Shown here in pieces: positions 9,848 to 20,033 of a DNA stretch of 48,609 nt. The stretch covers positions 1-48,609 of the forward strand of contig JACQVI010000141.1 in the NCBI GenBank assembly GCA_016209795.1, in the 5' to 3' direction. Made by a program: the position numbers and the translations under genes. Origin of the DNA: Ignavibacteriota bacterium. GTDB taxonomy: Bacteria > Bacteroidota > Ignavibacteria > UBA10030 > SZUA-254. The notes under the pieces are model-generated. The model did not search any database. It worked only from the letters and a program-made list of their open reading frames with translations, and was not told the origin of the DNA. The number at the start of each line of letters is the position of its first letter. The stretch's first letter is position 1.

Positions 9848-11378
9848 CGACCATCTGAACAAGAGGCTGATCCTGTTTGCGTTACCATTTATCGTGCTCG
9901 TCTTTTATGTAACAGCAGGCTCACATTTTGGTTACACTCCCGACGATACGTACATCTATTTGCAGTTTGCAAAAAACATTCTCCATGGCAAAGGGATTTC
10001 ATTTAATGCTGGAGAGCCGACGTATGGTTTCACCAGTCCGCTCTGGATGTTTATCATCTCATTGAGTGGTGTGTTGGGCACAGATCTATACACTGCAGCG
10101 AAAGCGATCGATCTTTTTTTCGCAGGTATGTCAATTTTGATTTATTACTTCGTAGCGTATGAAGTCATTCGTGAGACCATTGTCTCGATTCTAGCAACGT
10201 TAGCGTACTCGCTGAATATCTGGCTTCTCCGCTGGGCTGGGTCGGGCATGGAGACATCGCTTGCTGTGTTTCTCATGCTAATCGCATTTCTTTTTACATT
10301 GAGAAACGAGTATGTCTTTGCAACGGTATGTGCTGCTCTACTGGCTTTGGTTCGACCAGAAGCGTGCTTGCTGATCGTTATCATTCTTTTAGATCTCTAC
10401 ATCAACTCACACGATAAACAGCGTGCACGTAAGATGATGATAGTAGCTGCCTCTCTCTACGTACTTCTTCTTGCACCGTGGCTGATGTATGCTTTTATGA
10501 CGTTTGGGACGATCACTCCAACTACTGTGCGTGTGAAATCTCATGTGGGATTGGATATTGGTGATATGATACAAGAGTTCTGGAACATCTGTAAAATTAT
10601 CGGTGCATCGGATGGTATTGGACTGGTCGTGATGATTGTCAGCGGAGTGTTGCTTCTGCGAAATTTTAGTCGTGACGGTTTGCCATTTCCAACTAACGAG
10701 GAAAAATTCTATGTCTTCCGAGTAAGTGTTCTGGCACTCGGCTGGTTGATATTGATTCCGCTTCTGTACACCATCATGCATGTCCATGCAGTCTCGCGCT
10801 ACTTGTTGCTTGTAACACCGTTCATTACTATCTTAGCTTTTACATACGTCTTCCGCCTCTTATTGAGGTCACCTATGAATCGATTTGCGTATGCTGGAGT
10901 TGTACTGTTAGCAGGGGTAATGATTACGCAGAGCCAGATTGTTTATCAAGCTACCGTAAAACCTGGCATTGAAGCATTTCAAGTTGGGATGGAAGCATCG
11001 CTTGTCTCGATTGGAGAGTGGCTAAAACAGAATACCAAGCCTGAAGATGTTATTCTGGTATGGGATATTGGTGCTCTTGGTTACTATTCAGATCGGAAAA
11101 TTTGTGATGGTGCAGGAATAGCTTCTCCAGAAATGATTCCTTATGTCAAAGCGGGACATACCGCTGAAGAAGTTGTTACCCAAAAACTCTATCAATCATC
11201 CTGCGATGCGGATTACATCGTCTACCGCTCCGAAGAGCCAGAAGCAATGAAGAAAAATGCTAATCTGATTCCCTTATTTACCAAACCATTTTACCGGATG
11301 GGCTTGTTGAACATGGAACTGCGGTACTACACTGTTTACAAAGTGAGAAAGAACCTGAAAACAGATCGAGTGAATTAA
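9840..11378 (+). CDS. Polytopic membrane glycosyltransferase-like protein (GT-C/ArnT-PMT type)
   Basis: Loop motif PDDTYI followed by GFTSPLW, SGMETSL, RPE and DIGALGYYS; about 10 hydrophobic helices. Confidence 0.7.
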   Translation: MSNDHLNKRLILFALPFIVLVFYVTAGSHFGYTPDDTYIYLQFAKNILHGKGISFNAGEPTYGFTSPLWMFIISLSGVLGTDLYTAAKAIDLFFAGMSILIYYFVAYEVIRETIVSILATLAYSLNIWLLRWAGSGMETSLAVFLMLIAFLFTLRNEYVFATVCAALLALVRPEACLLIVIILLDLYINSHDKQRARKMMIVAASLYVLLLAPWLMYAFMTFGTITPTTVRVKSHVGLDIGDMIQEFWNICKIIGASDGIGLVVMIVSGVLLLRNFSRDGLPFPTNEEKFYVFRVSVLALGWLILIPLLYTIMHVHAVSRYLLLVTPFITILAFTYVFRLLLRSPMNRFAYAGVVLLAGVMITQSQIVYQATVKPGIEAFQVGMEASLVSIGEWLKQNTKPEDVILVWDIGALGYYSDRKICDGAGIASPEMIPYVKAGHTAEEVVTQKLYQSSCDADYIVYRSEEPEAMKKNANLIPLFTKPFYRMGLLNMELRYYTVYKVRKNLKTDRVN

Positions 11379-11381
11379 CGT

Positions 11382-12374
11382 ATGCTCAAGTTTCCTGTGG
11401 GTGTTATTGGTGTCGGGCATCTTGGCTCGCTGCATGCGAAGATGTATGCGGAAATTCCATTTGTTGAATTGATTGGAATGATGGATGTAGATAGGAATCG
11501 CTCTGAAAGTCTTGCACGAGAATTAGACGTGAAAGCGTTTGATTCCGTAGATGAACTCCTCAAGAACGTCAAAGCGGTCAGCATTGCCACGCCGACAAGC
11601 ACACATTGTGCACTTGCACAGCAAGCGATTCAACAAGGAATACATGTGTTGATTGAAAAACCGATCACGAAGACTATCACTGAAGCAGAGTTGCTCATCA
11701 CATTAGCGAAGAAAAACGGTGTTAAGATTCAGGTGGGACACATTGAACGTTTCAATCCAGCGCTGTTGGCACTCGAACACTATCATCTGCACCCGATGTT
11801 TATCGAATCGCATCGACTGGCACAGTTCAACCCGCGAGGTACGGATGTGGCGGTTGTTCTCGACTTGATGATTCACGATATTGATATTATCCTGAGCTTG
11901 GTTCATTCCCCTGTTGAAAAGATTGAAGCAAACGGTATAGCAGTTGTCTCTGACAACATTGATATCGCTAATGCCCGTCTGCAATTTGAAAATGGCTGCG
12001 TGGCGAACGTAACAGCAAGTCGGATCTCGCAAAAGAAGATGCGGAAGATGCGTATGTTCCAGCGCGATGCGTATATCTCGGTCGATTTCTCGGAGGGCAT
12101 TGCTGAAGTTTTCCGACTTGTAGATGAAGATGATAAATCTGCCGAAGCTACGATGATGTTAGGAGCAATAACCTCGGGCAGCAGGAAGCGGAAAATCATT
12201 TACGAGCAGCCCGAGATCAAAGAAGTGAATGCCTTGAAGTATGAATTAGAGACGTTCATCGGCTCCATCCAGAATGGCAAAGAACCCATGGTGACAGCAG
12301 AAGAAGGACTTCAGGCTTTGCAAATTGCCCATGCGATTATGGAAAAGATTCATCAACAAAAAATTTCATTGTGA
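11382..12374 (+). CDS. Gfo/Idh/MocA oxidoreductase (GnnA-like)
   Basis: GVIGVGHLG, LIEKP, QVGHIERFNP, DLMIHDID, TASRIS. Confidence 0.88.
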   Translation: MLKFPVGVIGVGHLGSLHAKMYAEIPFVELIGMMDVDRNRSESLARELDVKAFDSVDELLKNVKAVSIATPTSTHCALAQQAIQQGIHVLIEKPITKTITEAELLITLAKKNGVKIQVGHIERFNPALLALEHYHLHPMFIESHRLAQFNPRGTDVAVVLDLMIHDIDIILSLVHSPVEKIEANGIAVVSDNIDIANARLQFENGCVANVTASRISQKKMRKMRMFQRDAYISVDFSEGIAEVFRLVDEDDKSAEATMMLGAITSGSRKRKIIYEQPEIKEVNALKYELETFIGSIQNGKEPMVTAEEGLQALQIAHAIMEKIHQQKISL

Positions 12375-12377
12375 ATT

Positions 12378-13787
12378 ATGACTCGAGCTAAACGCTCTAT
12401 CGAAATAACACAGGACAAGCTTCTTCACATTGGCTCCATCGCCGATGCGTTAGGCTTGGAAGCATACGTCGTTGGTGGCTATGTGCGTGATAAGCTTCTT
12501 GGCAAAGAAGTAAAAGACATCGATATCGTTGTCATCGGTGATGGGGTTGCATTTGCAAAACATGTTGCAACGAGGCTCGGCTTCAGCCAAGTTGTAACCT
12601 ATGACAGGTTTGGTACCGCGATGCTTCCCTTGGACGATGGAAACATTGAATTCGTTACTGCGCGCGAGGAACACTACGAGCCCGCTTCACGTAAACCTAA
12701 GGTCAAAAAGGCTTCGCTGGAAAGTGACCTCTCCCGTCGGGATTTCACAATCAATACGATTGCAGCGTCAATCAACAAGGAACACCTTGGCGAGATCATC
12801 GATCCTTTTGGTGGTGAGAAAGACATGAAAGTAAAAATTATCCGTACTCCGCTCGAACCGGAAAAAACGTTCGACGATGATCCGCTGCGGATGATGCGGG
12901 CAATTAGATTTTCGTCCCAACTTCAATTTCATATCGAGAGGGACACGCTTGAAGGGATTCGACACAAGGCGGATCGCATCACGATTGTTTCGAAGGAGCG
13001 GATTGCAGATGAATTTATCAAGATCCTTGTTTCACCAAAACCTTCGATCGGCTTAAAGCTGCTATACGATACGAGCTTAGCAAACCATGTGTTCCCTGAA
13101 CTTGTAGAGATGGTTGGCGTCGAGCAGCGGAAAGATTATCACCACAAAGATGTGTTCCTTCATACACTCAAAGTAGTCGATAACATCGCCGAGGCAACAG
13201 AGAATGTCTGGCTTCGGTTTGCAGCGCTCGTCCACGACATCGGAAAGCCACGCACAAAAGCATTCAAGGAAGACGTGGGCTGGACATTCCACGGTCATGA
13301 GGAAGTAGGTGCCCGCATGATTAAACCGATCTTCCAGCGCATGCGTCTAACAATGGACAAACTGCCGTACGTTGAAAAACTCGTTCGCCTCCACCTGCGA
13401 CCGATGGTGCTTGTCAGTGAAGAGGTGAAGGACTCTGCAATTCGCAGGCTCCTCTTCGAAGCCAGCAATGAAATTGACGATTTGATGGCACTGTGCCGCG
13501 CAGATATTACATCACAGAATCCTCAACGGGTTGCCCGTTATCTGAAAAATTACGATATTGTACTGCAAAAAATGAAGGAAGTCGAGGAGAAAGATCGACT
13601 TCGCAACTGGCAGCCGCCTGTAAGGGGCGATGAAATCATGAGGGTCTGTGACTTGGAGCCCGGTCCGCTCGTTGGCATTCTCAAAAAGAAGATTGAAGAA
13701 GCAATACTCGAAGGCACTATTCCGAATGAACACGATGCTGCGCTTGAGTATCTGCTCTCAATTAAAGATACCCTGTTGTCGAAGTGA
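12378..13787 (+). CDS. cca: tRNA nucleotidyltransferase (CCA-adding type) with HD domain
   Basis: VVGGYVRD, DIDIV, RFGT, ExY..SRKP loop, DLSRRDFTIN, DDPLRMMRA, HDIGKP. Confidence 0.85.
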   Translation: MTRAKRSIEITQDKLLHIGSIADALGLEAYVVGGYVRDKLLGKEVKDIDIVVIGDGVAFAKHVATRLGFSQVVTYDRFGTAMLPLDDGNIEFVTAREEHYEPASRKPKVKKASLESDLSRRDFTINTIAASINKEHLGEIIDPFGGEKDMKVKIIRTPLEPEKTFDDDPLRMMRAIRFSSQLQFHIERDTLEGIRHKADRITIVSKERIADEFIKILVSPKPSIGLKLLYDTSLANHVFPELVEMVGVEQRKDYHHKDVFLHTLKVVDNIAEATENVWLRFAALVHDIGKPRTKAFKEDVGWTFHGHEEVGARMIKPIFQRMRLTMDKLPYVEKLVRLHLRPMVLVSEEVKDSAIRRLLFEASNEIDDLMALCRADITSQNPQRVARYLKNYDIVLQKMKEVEEKDRLRNWQPPVRGDEIMRVCDLEPGPLVGILKKKIEEAILEGTIPNEHDAALEYLLSIKDTLLSK

Positions 13788-13921
13788 TCACTTTGTGACA
13801 AGAAAATCTGTAGTTTCGTCCTCGCCCCTGTAACTTTTTCGGTCAAGCTTCGTTAACATGGATAGTCTCGATGAACCCTATCCGTGATCACTCAATACTT
13901 AAGATGAAAAGGGATGTATCA

Positions 13922-15268
13922 ATGAAACTCATAAGTTCATTTATCATTTTGTTGTTGTTTATTATAGAGGCATTTGCTCAGCAGACGAAAACGTACACAT
14001 TGAATGAGGCGATAAACCTCGCCTTGGAAAGAAACCTCTCCGTTGTGCAGGCACAGAACAATGTTGAATCTGCGCAGGCGCGTGTTCTTGCGGCATATGG
14101 AAACTACCTGCCTGCGCTATCTGCATTTGGTGGATGGAATCGAACACAGAATGATCGTGCTGCCTCTTCAACCCAGATCATCGGTGGACAAGCTCTTTCT
14201 TTTCCTGCCTCCTTCAGTGTCACGAATAATTTTTCTACAAGGGTCGATCTCAGCTATGTTCTTTTTGATGGATTTGCACGTGAGGCAAACTTCAATTCAG
14301 CCTCAGCCAGTGCACTCTCCACAGAGCAGCAGGCTGCGCGCACACGGCAATCAATTGTGTATCAAGTTGAAAATGCCTACTTGAATGTCCTTCGCAAGGA
14401 ACAATTAGTGAAGGTGAGCGAAGAGAATCTGAAGCGAGGTAGACGACAGCTTGAGCGTATCACCGAATCAAACCGTGTTGGCGCTTTGCCACTTGCTGAT
14501 GTGTATCGTCAACAGTCGCAGGTTGCTGCTGATGAACTCAATCTTATCACTGCACAGAATGACTATGAAAAGGCGAAGGCAGACCTCGTTGCTCTGATTG
14601 GATCGGATATGGCACAAGAGCACAACTTTTCTGATCCAAGCATTTCACCGGAGACTAACCAGACAGAACTTGATTCCACAAAGGAGATGTATAGCAACTT
14701 TCATGAATTGACTCAGCGATCACTTGCCAATCGACCAGACTACATGGCGACGAAAGAAAGTTTTCGCTCTGCAGAAGCTGGTGTAACGGCAGCGCGAAGT
14801 GGATATTTCCCAACCATCTCCGCATCAGCGGGATATTCTCTGTCGAATACTGAGTTATCAACTCTTCGAAACAATAAAAATATAGCATGGGGAATCAACA
14901 TCCGCTGGAATCTGTTTGATGCATTTCAAACGAATCAATCACTCCAGTCAGCCATCGCTGATCAGCATAATGCTGAAGTAGCCATGCGACAGGCAGAGCG
15001 AGATATTGGTGTCGAAGTCAAGAAAGCACTCTTAGATCTGGAAGCAGCGCGGAAAGGAGTCGAAGTAAGTCAAAAAGGATTGCGATCGGCGATGGAAGAT
15101 CGGAAGATTGCTGAAGAACGGTATAATCTCGGTGCCGGGACACTACTCGACTTGCTGACGGCAAATGCCGGGTTGGTAAATGCACAGGCAAACAATATTA
15201 ATGCATCCTACTTTTATATCATTGCTAAGCGAAATCTTGAGTATGTTATTGGTGAGCGAACATACTAA
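13922..15268 (+). CDS. TolC-family outer membrane efflux protein
   Basis: Signal peptide from ATG 13922 (track start 13871), TLNEAINLAL, two OEP repeats, ERYNLGAGTLLDLL. Confidence 0.9.
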   Translation: MKLISSFIILLLFIIEAFAQQTKTYTLNEAINLALERNLSVVQAQNNVESAQARVLAAYGNYLPALSAFGGWNRTQNDRAASSTQIIGGQALSFPASFSVTNNFSTRVDLSYVLFDGFAREANFNSASASALSTEQQAARTRQSIVYQVENAYLNVLRKEQLVKVSEENLKRGRRQLERITESNRVGALPLADVYRQQSQVAADELNLITAQNDYEKAKADLVALIGSDMAQEHNFSDPSISPETNQTELDSTKEMYSNFHELTQRSLANRPDYMATKESFRSAEAGVTAARSGYFPTISASAGYSLSNTELSTLRNNKNIAWGINIRWNLFDAFQTNQSLQSAIADQHNAEVAMRQAERDIGVEVKKALLDLEAARKGVEVSQKGLRSAMEDRKIAEERYNLGAGTLLDLLTANAGLVNAQANNINASYFYIIAKRNLEYVIGERTY

Positions 15269-15320
15269 GTCCTTCATCGCTCTAACAACTAACTTGTCCA
15301 TACTGCGAGGAGTAACGTAA

Positions 15321-16580
15321 ATGAAAAATAATAAAAAATCCAGGAAGAAAGTCATCATCTTTTCCATTGCCGGTGTTCTTCTCATTGTCTTGACGTTGCT
15401 TGTCATCCTTGGTAGTAAGAAGGAAACGGTGTACACAGTCCAGACGGAAAAAGTCCAGCGACGAATCATTACACAAACCGTGACTGCTACTGGGAAGATT
15501 TATCCCGAAGTACAGGTCGTCATTACTCCTGAAGTGAGTGGAGAAATTATTACACTTCCCGTGAAGGAAGGTGCAAAAGTAAAGAAGGGTGATTTGTTAC
15601 TCAAGATCAAACCGGATATTTACATAGCTCTTCGTGATCGATCAGCGGCGGAGCTAACCTCTGCAAAGGCAAGCCTCCAGCGCAGTGAATCAGAATACAA
15701 GCGTGGAAACGAATTATTTGCGAAAGGCTTGATCTCGAATTCGGAACTTGAACAGGTACATACATCCTATGAAGTTGCAAAAGCACAATTCGATCAAGCT
15801 CAGGCTGCACTCAAGCAGGCAGATGAGAACCTTGCGAAGTCGACGATTGATTCACCAATGGATGGTACTGTAAGCCAGTTGAAAGTAGAACTTGGAGAAC
15901 GGGTGTTGGGAACAAGTCAGTTCCAGGGAACGACTGTGATGACCGTTGCAGATTTATCTCGCATGGAAGCTCGTGTCGATGTAGGTGAGAATGATATCAT
16001 CCTCATTTCGATTGGAGATACTGCACGGATCGAGGTAGATGCGTTACCTGAAAGGAAATTAACCGGTGTTGTCTACGAGATAGGCAATACAGCGAAGACA
16101 AAAGGATTGGGAACTCAGGAGGAAGTGACCAATTTCGAAGTGAAAATCCGGATTCTTGATAAGGATGTGACGCTCAGACCAGGAATGTCAATGACGGCAA
16201 CGATTGAAACCGAGACAAAGCACAACGTCCTTGCAGTGCCTATCCAGAGTGTAACAACGCGTACCCCAGGGAAAGGCAAAGGTGAAGAGAAAAAGGAGTC
16301 AGATGAAAGTGATGAGATGGCTGCAAGCGATTCACGCATCAAACAAAAAGAAGATAAGCCAAAAGAGGTTGTCTTTATCGCCGATAATAATAGCGCAAAG
16401 ATGGTTGAAGTCAAACGAGGAATCTCTGATGATTCACACACCGAAATCACCTCCGGAATTGAAGAAGGTAAGGAGGTTGTCTCTGGAAGTTACAAGGCAA
16501 TTAACCGGGAATTAGAAGATGGTGTCAAAATTAAAGTCGATAACGCAAAGAAAAAACCTGGAACAACAGCTTCGAAATAA
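15321..16580 (+). CDS. MacA-like periplasmic adaptor (membrane fusion protein)
   Basis: N-terminal TM anchor, VTATGKI, EVSGEI, lipoyl-like [23 protein letters not shown]. Confidence 0.9.
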   Translation: MKNNKKSRKKVIIFSIAGVLLIVLTLLVILGSKKETVYTVQTEKVQRRIITQTVTATGKIYPEVQVVITPEVSGEIITLPVKEGAKVKKGDLLLKIKPDIYIALRDRSAAELTSAKASLQRSESEYKRGNELFAKGLISNSELEQVHTSYEVAKAQFDQAQAALKQADENLAKSTIDSPMDGTVSQLKVELGERVLGTSQFQGTTVMTVADLSRMEARVDVGENDIILISIGDTARIEVDALPERKLTGVVYEIGNTAKTKGLGTQEEVTNFEVKIRILDKDVTLRPGMSMTATIETETKHNVLAVPIQSVTTRTPGKGKGEEKKESDESDEMAASDSRIKQKEDKPKEVVFIADNNSAKMVEVKRGISDDSHTEITSGIEEGKEVVSGSYKAINRELEDGVKIKVDNAKKKPGTTASK

Positions 16581-16597
16581 GGAAAGACTGGAGTCGA

Positions 16598-17332
16598 ATG
16601 AGAATGAATAACTCAGAAGTCATTAATCTACAGCAGATCATAAAAACGTACGACATGGGCGGCGCGGAAGAAGTCCACGCCCTCCGTGGTGTCTCAATAC
16701 AAATCCGTAAGAACGAATATGTGGCGATCATGGGTCCTTCAGGCTCAGGAAAATCAACGCTGATGAATATTATCGGCTGTTTGGATACCCCAACGTCCGG
16801 GCTGTATGAATTTAACAGTGTTAATGTCAGTGAGATGAATGATAATCAGCTGGCAAAGGTTCGAAACAAGGAGATCGGCTTCGTCTTCCAGACCTTTAAC
16901 TTGTTGGCTCGTTCCGATGCACTTCACAATGTTGAGCTTCCGTTAATATATGGTGGGGTTACCTCAGCGGATCGGAAGCGCCGTGCACGTGAGGCGCTTG
17001 AACACGTTGGACTTGGTGATCGGATTCATCATAAGCCTAACGAACTTTCCGGAGGGCAGCGGCAACGCGTTGCTATTGCTCGTGCCTTAGTGAACCAGCC
17101 TTCAATTCTTCTTGCCGATGAGCCAACGGGAAACTTAGATTCAAAAACTGGCGATGAAATTATGCAGCTCTTTGAAGAACTTCACCGTCAAGGCAACACG
17201 ATTATTCTGGTTACACACGAAGAGTACATTGCTGAACATGCACATCGTATTGTCCGTATTCGTGACGGAATGATCGAAAGTGATCAGACGATCAACAAGC
17301 GTACACCAGCCCTGGCGGATCAAGGTCGATGA
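16598..17332 (+). CDS. ABC transporter ATP-binding protein (MacB/LolD family)
   Basis: [46 protein letters not shown]. Confidence 0.95.
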   Translation: MRMNNSEVINLQQIIKTYDMGGAEEVHALRGVSIQIRKNEYVAIMGPSGSGKSTLMNIIGCLDTPTSGLYEFNSVNVSEMNDNQLAKVRNKEIGFVFQTFNLLARSDALHNVELPLIYGGVTSADRKRRAREALEHVGLGDRIHHKPNELSGGQRQRVAIARALVNQPSILLADEPTGNLDSKTGDEIMQLFEELHRQGNTIILVTHEEYIAEHAHRIVRIRDGMIESDQTINKRTPALADQGR

Positions 17333-17349
17333 GCATTAATATTAATATT

Positions 17350-17440
17350 GGAATGATGGAGTGATGGATCATTGGAGTATTTGTGCATTGACTCAATGAC
17401 TAATTTACCAATGACAAATGACCATTGACAGATGACTAAT
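17350..17440. repeat. Intergenic octamer plus heptamer tandem arrays
   Basis: GGAATGAT GGAGTGAT GGATCATT GGAGTATT, then caatgac/aaatgac/cattgac/agatgac units. Confidence 0.75.
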
Positions 17441-17442
17441 CC

Positions 17443-18666
17443 ATGTATTTTCTCTTTGAAGTAAAAGAGGGGTTGTATATAGCATTCCGGGCAATTAAAG
17501 CCAACAAAATGCGATCAGTCCTGACAACGCTTGGGATTGTCATTGGTATCGTATCTGTGACCATGATGGCAACAGCAATTGAAGGAGTGACCCGTGCTTT
17601 TGAAAAAAGCGCTTCAGCCTTTGGCTCAAAAGTTCTCTACATCCAGAAATTCCCTTGGGTTGGCGGTGATGATTGGTGGCGGTATCGCAACCGCAAGGAG
17701 TTGAAAGCAGAATTTGCAAAGTACATTGCTGAGCATGCTTCCCTTGTTGATGCCGTTGCGCCGGATGTTACAACGTTTAAAGACGTCCGGTATGGTACTC
17801 GCTCAATGCTGAATGCCTGGATTACAGGGACAACGCACGAGTATCAAGAAGCTTCTGGGACAACGATCAAAGATGGAAGATTCTTCTCTCAGGAAGAATC
17901 GGATGGTGGCAGACCTGTCTGTTGCATTGGAGCTAATGTTGCTGAGACAATCTTCCCTTCCGTCGATCCTATTGGTCAAACGGTTAAAGTTGGTGGCTAT
18001 CCCTACAAAGTTTTGGCGGTGTTCGAAAAGCAGGGCGGACTCTTTGGAGAATTTACTTCCGACAACCGTGTGTTTATTCCCATCAGGTCGTTCATGAGTC
18101 AGTTTGGTTCCCATCATGATGTCACGCTCAACGTTCGAGTAGCAAAAGATGTTGATATCGATAATGCAAAGGAAGAGCTTCGAGGTATCATGCGAAAACT
18201 CCGCCGCTTGCGTCCAGCACAGGAGGATGATTTTAACATCAACGAGCAAGAGCTTCTCACTCAAGTGTTCGGTGCAGTAACTGGGGTCATTGCTGCAGTC
18301 GGGTTTTTCATTACGGGGTTATCTCTTTTCGTTGGCGGAATTGGCATTATGAACATCATGTATGTTTCCGTGACAGAACGAACCAAGGAGATCGGTATTC
18401 GCAAGGCAATTGGTGCCCGTCGACGTACAATACTCTTCCAATTCCTTGTCGAATCCGCGTTAATCTGTCTCCTTGGAGGAATCATCGGGTTGATGGTATC
18501 ATACCCCCTCAGTCTAATTGCCGATCAGATTCTCCCCACGGCTATGCCTGTATCAGTGGTAATCCTTGCACTATTCGTTTCGCTTCTCGTCGGAGTAGTG
18601 TCAGGATTTCTGCCGGCATATAGAGCATCAAAGCTCGATCCGGTTGAGGCGCTGAGGTACGAATAA
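17443..18666 (+). CDS. MacB-type ABC permease 1
   Basis: RSVLTTLGIVIG, periplasmic core, GIGIMNIMYVSVTERTKEIGIRKAIGA, LDPVEALRYE. Confidence 0.93.
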   Translation: MYFLFEVKEGLYIAFRAIKANKMRSVLTTLGIVIGIVSVTMMATAIEGVTRAFEKSASAFGSKVLYIQKFPWVGGDDWWRYRNRKELKAEFAKYIAEHASLVDAVAPDVTTFKDVRYGTRSMLNAWITGTTHEYQEASGTTIKDGRFFSQEESDGGRPVCCIGANVAETIFPSVDPIGQTVKVGGYPYKVLAVFEKQGGLFGEFTSDNRVFIPIRSFMSQFGSHHDVTLNVRVAKDVDIDNAKEELRGIMRKLRRLRPAQEDDFNINEQELLTQVFGAVTGVIAAVGFFITGLSLFVGGIGIMNIMYVSVTERTKEIGIRKAIGARRRTILFQFLVESALICLLGGIIGLMVSYPLSLIADQILPTAMPVSVVILALFVSLLVGVVSGFLPAYRASKLDPVEALRYE

Positions 18667-18670
18667 TCAA

Positions 18671-18752
18671 CACAAAATGCAAAGGGAAAAATGAAAAACC
18701 AATGAGAACGAATAGCTATTTTTGCCCTTTGCTTGTTACATCTTGACTTGAC
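18671..18752. repeat. Inverted degenerate heptamer arrays forming a hairpin
   Basis: GCAAAGGGAAAAAT ... ATTTTTGCCCTTTGC near-perfect inverted repeat within caaaatg/caaaggg/aaaaatg and ttttgcc/ctttgct/tcttgac units. Confidence 0.55.
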
Positions 18753-20000
18753 ATGACCCTCCTGCTTGAAGCCAAAGAAAGCCTTGCCATGGCACTGAGC
18801 GCCCTGAGGACAAACAAGCTCCGTTCGATTCTCACGCTGCTTGGCATTGCGGTTGGAGTCTTTTCTATCATCGCAGTGATGACAGCGATGGGTGTATTAG
18901 TCAATAGTATCCAAGGAGGAATGAGCTGGCTTGGTGCACATACCTTTCAGGTACAGAAATACCCTATGTTTAACTCCGGGACAGCAAGTGAAGAAGCGAA
19001 GCTGCGCAATCGTCGAGATATCACGTATGAACAAGCCGAAAGGTTGAAGGAACACGTCACACTTGCGAAAGCAGTCGGTGTGTTCTGCTTTGTAGATTTT
19101 GGTAAAGTGGTTGTTTCTCCTCGAGGTGAGAAAACGAATCCGAATGTTTTCCTCGCAGGAAGAGACATTGATGGATTTCTCGCCAATAATTGGACCATTG
19201 CAGATGGAAGGCTTTATACTCAGGAGGAGGTTGAATCAGCTAAACGGGTTGCTGTTTTAGGAATGGATGTGGTGAAGAAACTCTTCCCGAAAACCGATCC
19301 TATCGGTCAGACAATCCGAATTGATGGACGTGAATACGATGTCATTGGTGTCGTATCACGGCGAGGAGGAATGCTCGGTGGGAGTGGTGATTATCACGTG
19401 ACAATACCGATCACAACATTCTTTTCAGTGTACGGCAAGGATCATAGATTAGGCATTAAAGTGCAATCGTTAACCCCGGAGACTTACGAAGACTGCATTG
19501 AACAAGTGCGCGGTATTCTTCGTACAGTTCGTCATGTCCCTCCGGGTGAGGAGGACGATTTCTACATCTGGTCAAATGATTCTCTTATCCAACAGTTTAA
19601 CGATTTAACAAAATATGTTCGGTTAGGTATCTTTCTCGTCAGTGCAGTAGCGCTCATTGCTGCGGGTGTGGGAATTATGAACATCATGTTGGTATCGGTG
19701 ACGGAGCGAACGAGAGAGATTGGCATTCGCAAAGCCATTGGTGCACGGAAATCGAATATTCTCACACAATTTATTCTCGAAGCGATAGTGTTAAGTGAAT
19801 TCGGCGGCATCATTGGCATCATTCTCGGAATAGTCGCGGGTAATCTTGCAGCAGTCTTTTTCGAGATCCCCCCTGTTATTCCTTTTGATTGGGCAGCAAT
19901 TGGGTTCACCATCTGTTCTATCATCGGTATTATCTTCGGTGTCTACCCTGCGTGGAAAGCTTCAAATCTTGATCCGATTGAATCGTTACGGTATGAATAA
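18753..20000 (+). CDS. MacB-type ABC permease 2
   Basis: NKLRSILTLLGIAVG, GVGIMNIMLVSVTERTREIG, LDPIESLRYE. Confidence 0.93.
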   Translation: MTLLLEAKESLAMALSALRTNKLRSILTLLGIAVGVFSIIAVMTAMGVLVNSIQGGMSWLGAHTFQVQKYPMFNSGTASEEAKLRNRRDITYEQAERLKEHVTLAKAVGVFCFVDFGKVVVSPRGEKTNPNVFLAGRDIDGFLANNWTIADGRLYTQEEVESAKRVAVLGMDVVKKLFPKTDPIGQTIRIDGREYDVIGVVSRRGGMLGGSGDYHVTIPITTFFSVYGKDHRLGIKVQSLTPETYEDCIEQVRGILRTVRHVPPGEEDDFYIWSNDSLIQQFNDLTKYVRLGIFLVSAVALIAAGVGIMNIMLVSVTERTREIGIRKAIGARKSNILTQFILEAIVLSEFGGIIGIILGIVAGNLAAVFFEIPPVIPFDWAAIGFTICSIIGIIFGVYPAWKASNLDPIESLRYE

Positions 20001-20033
20001 CCAATACAAAATTTGACTTTATAACTGTAACAA

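Noticed and set aside
12378-13787. Poly(A) polymerase assignment
   Set aside because: It lacks the PAP-specific G(R/K)RF-x-(L/I)-h-H signature and has the RFGT and ExY..SRKP pattern of tRNA nucleotidyltransferases.
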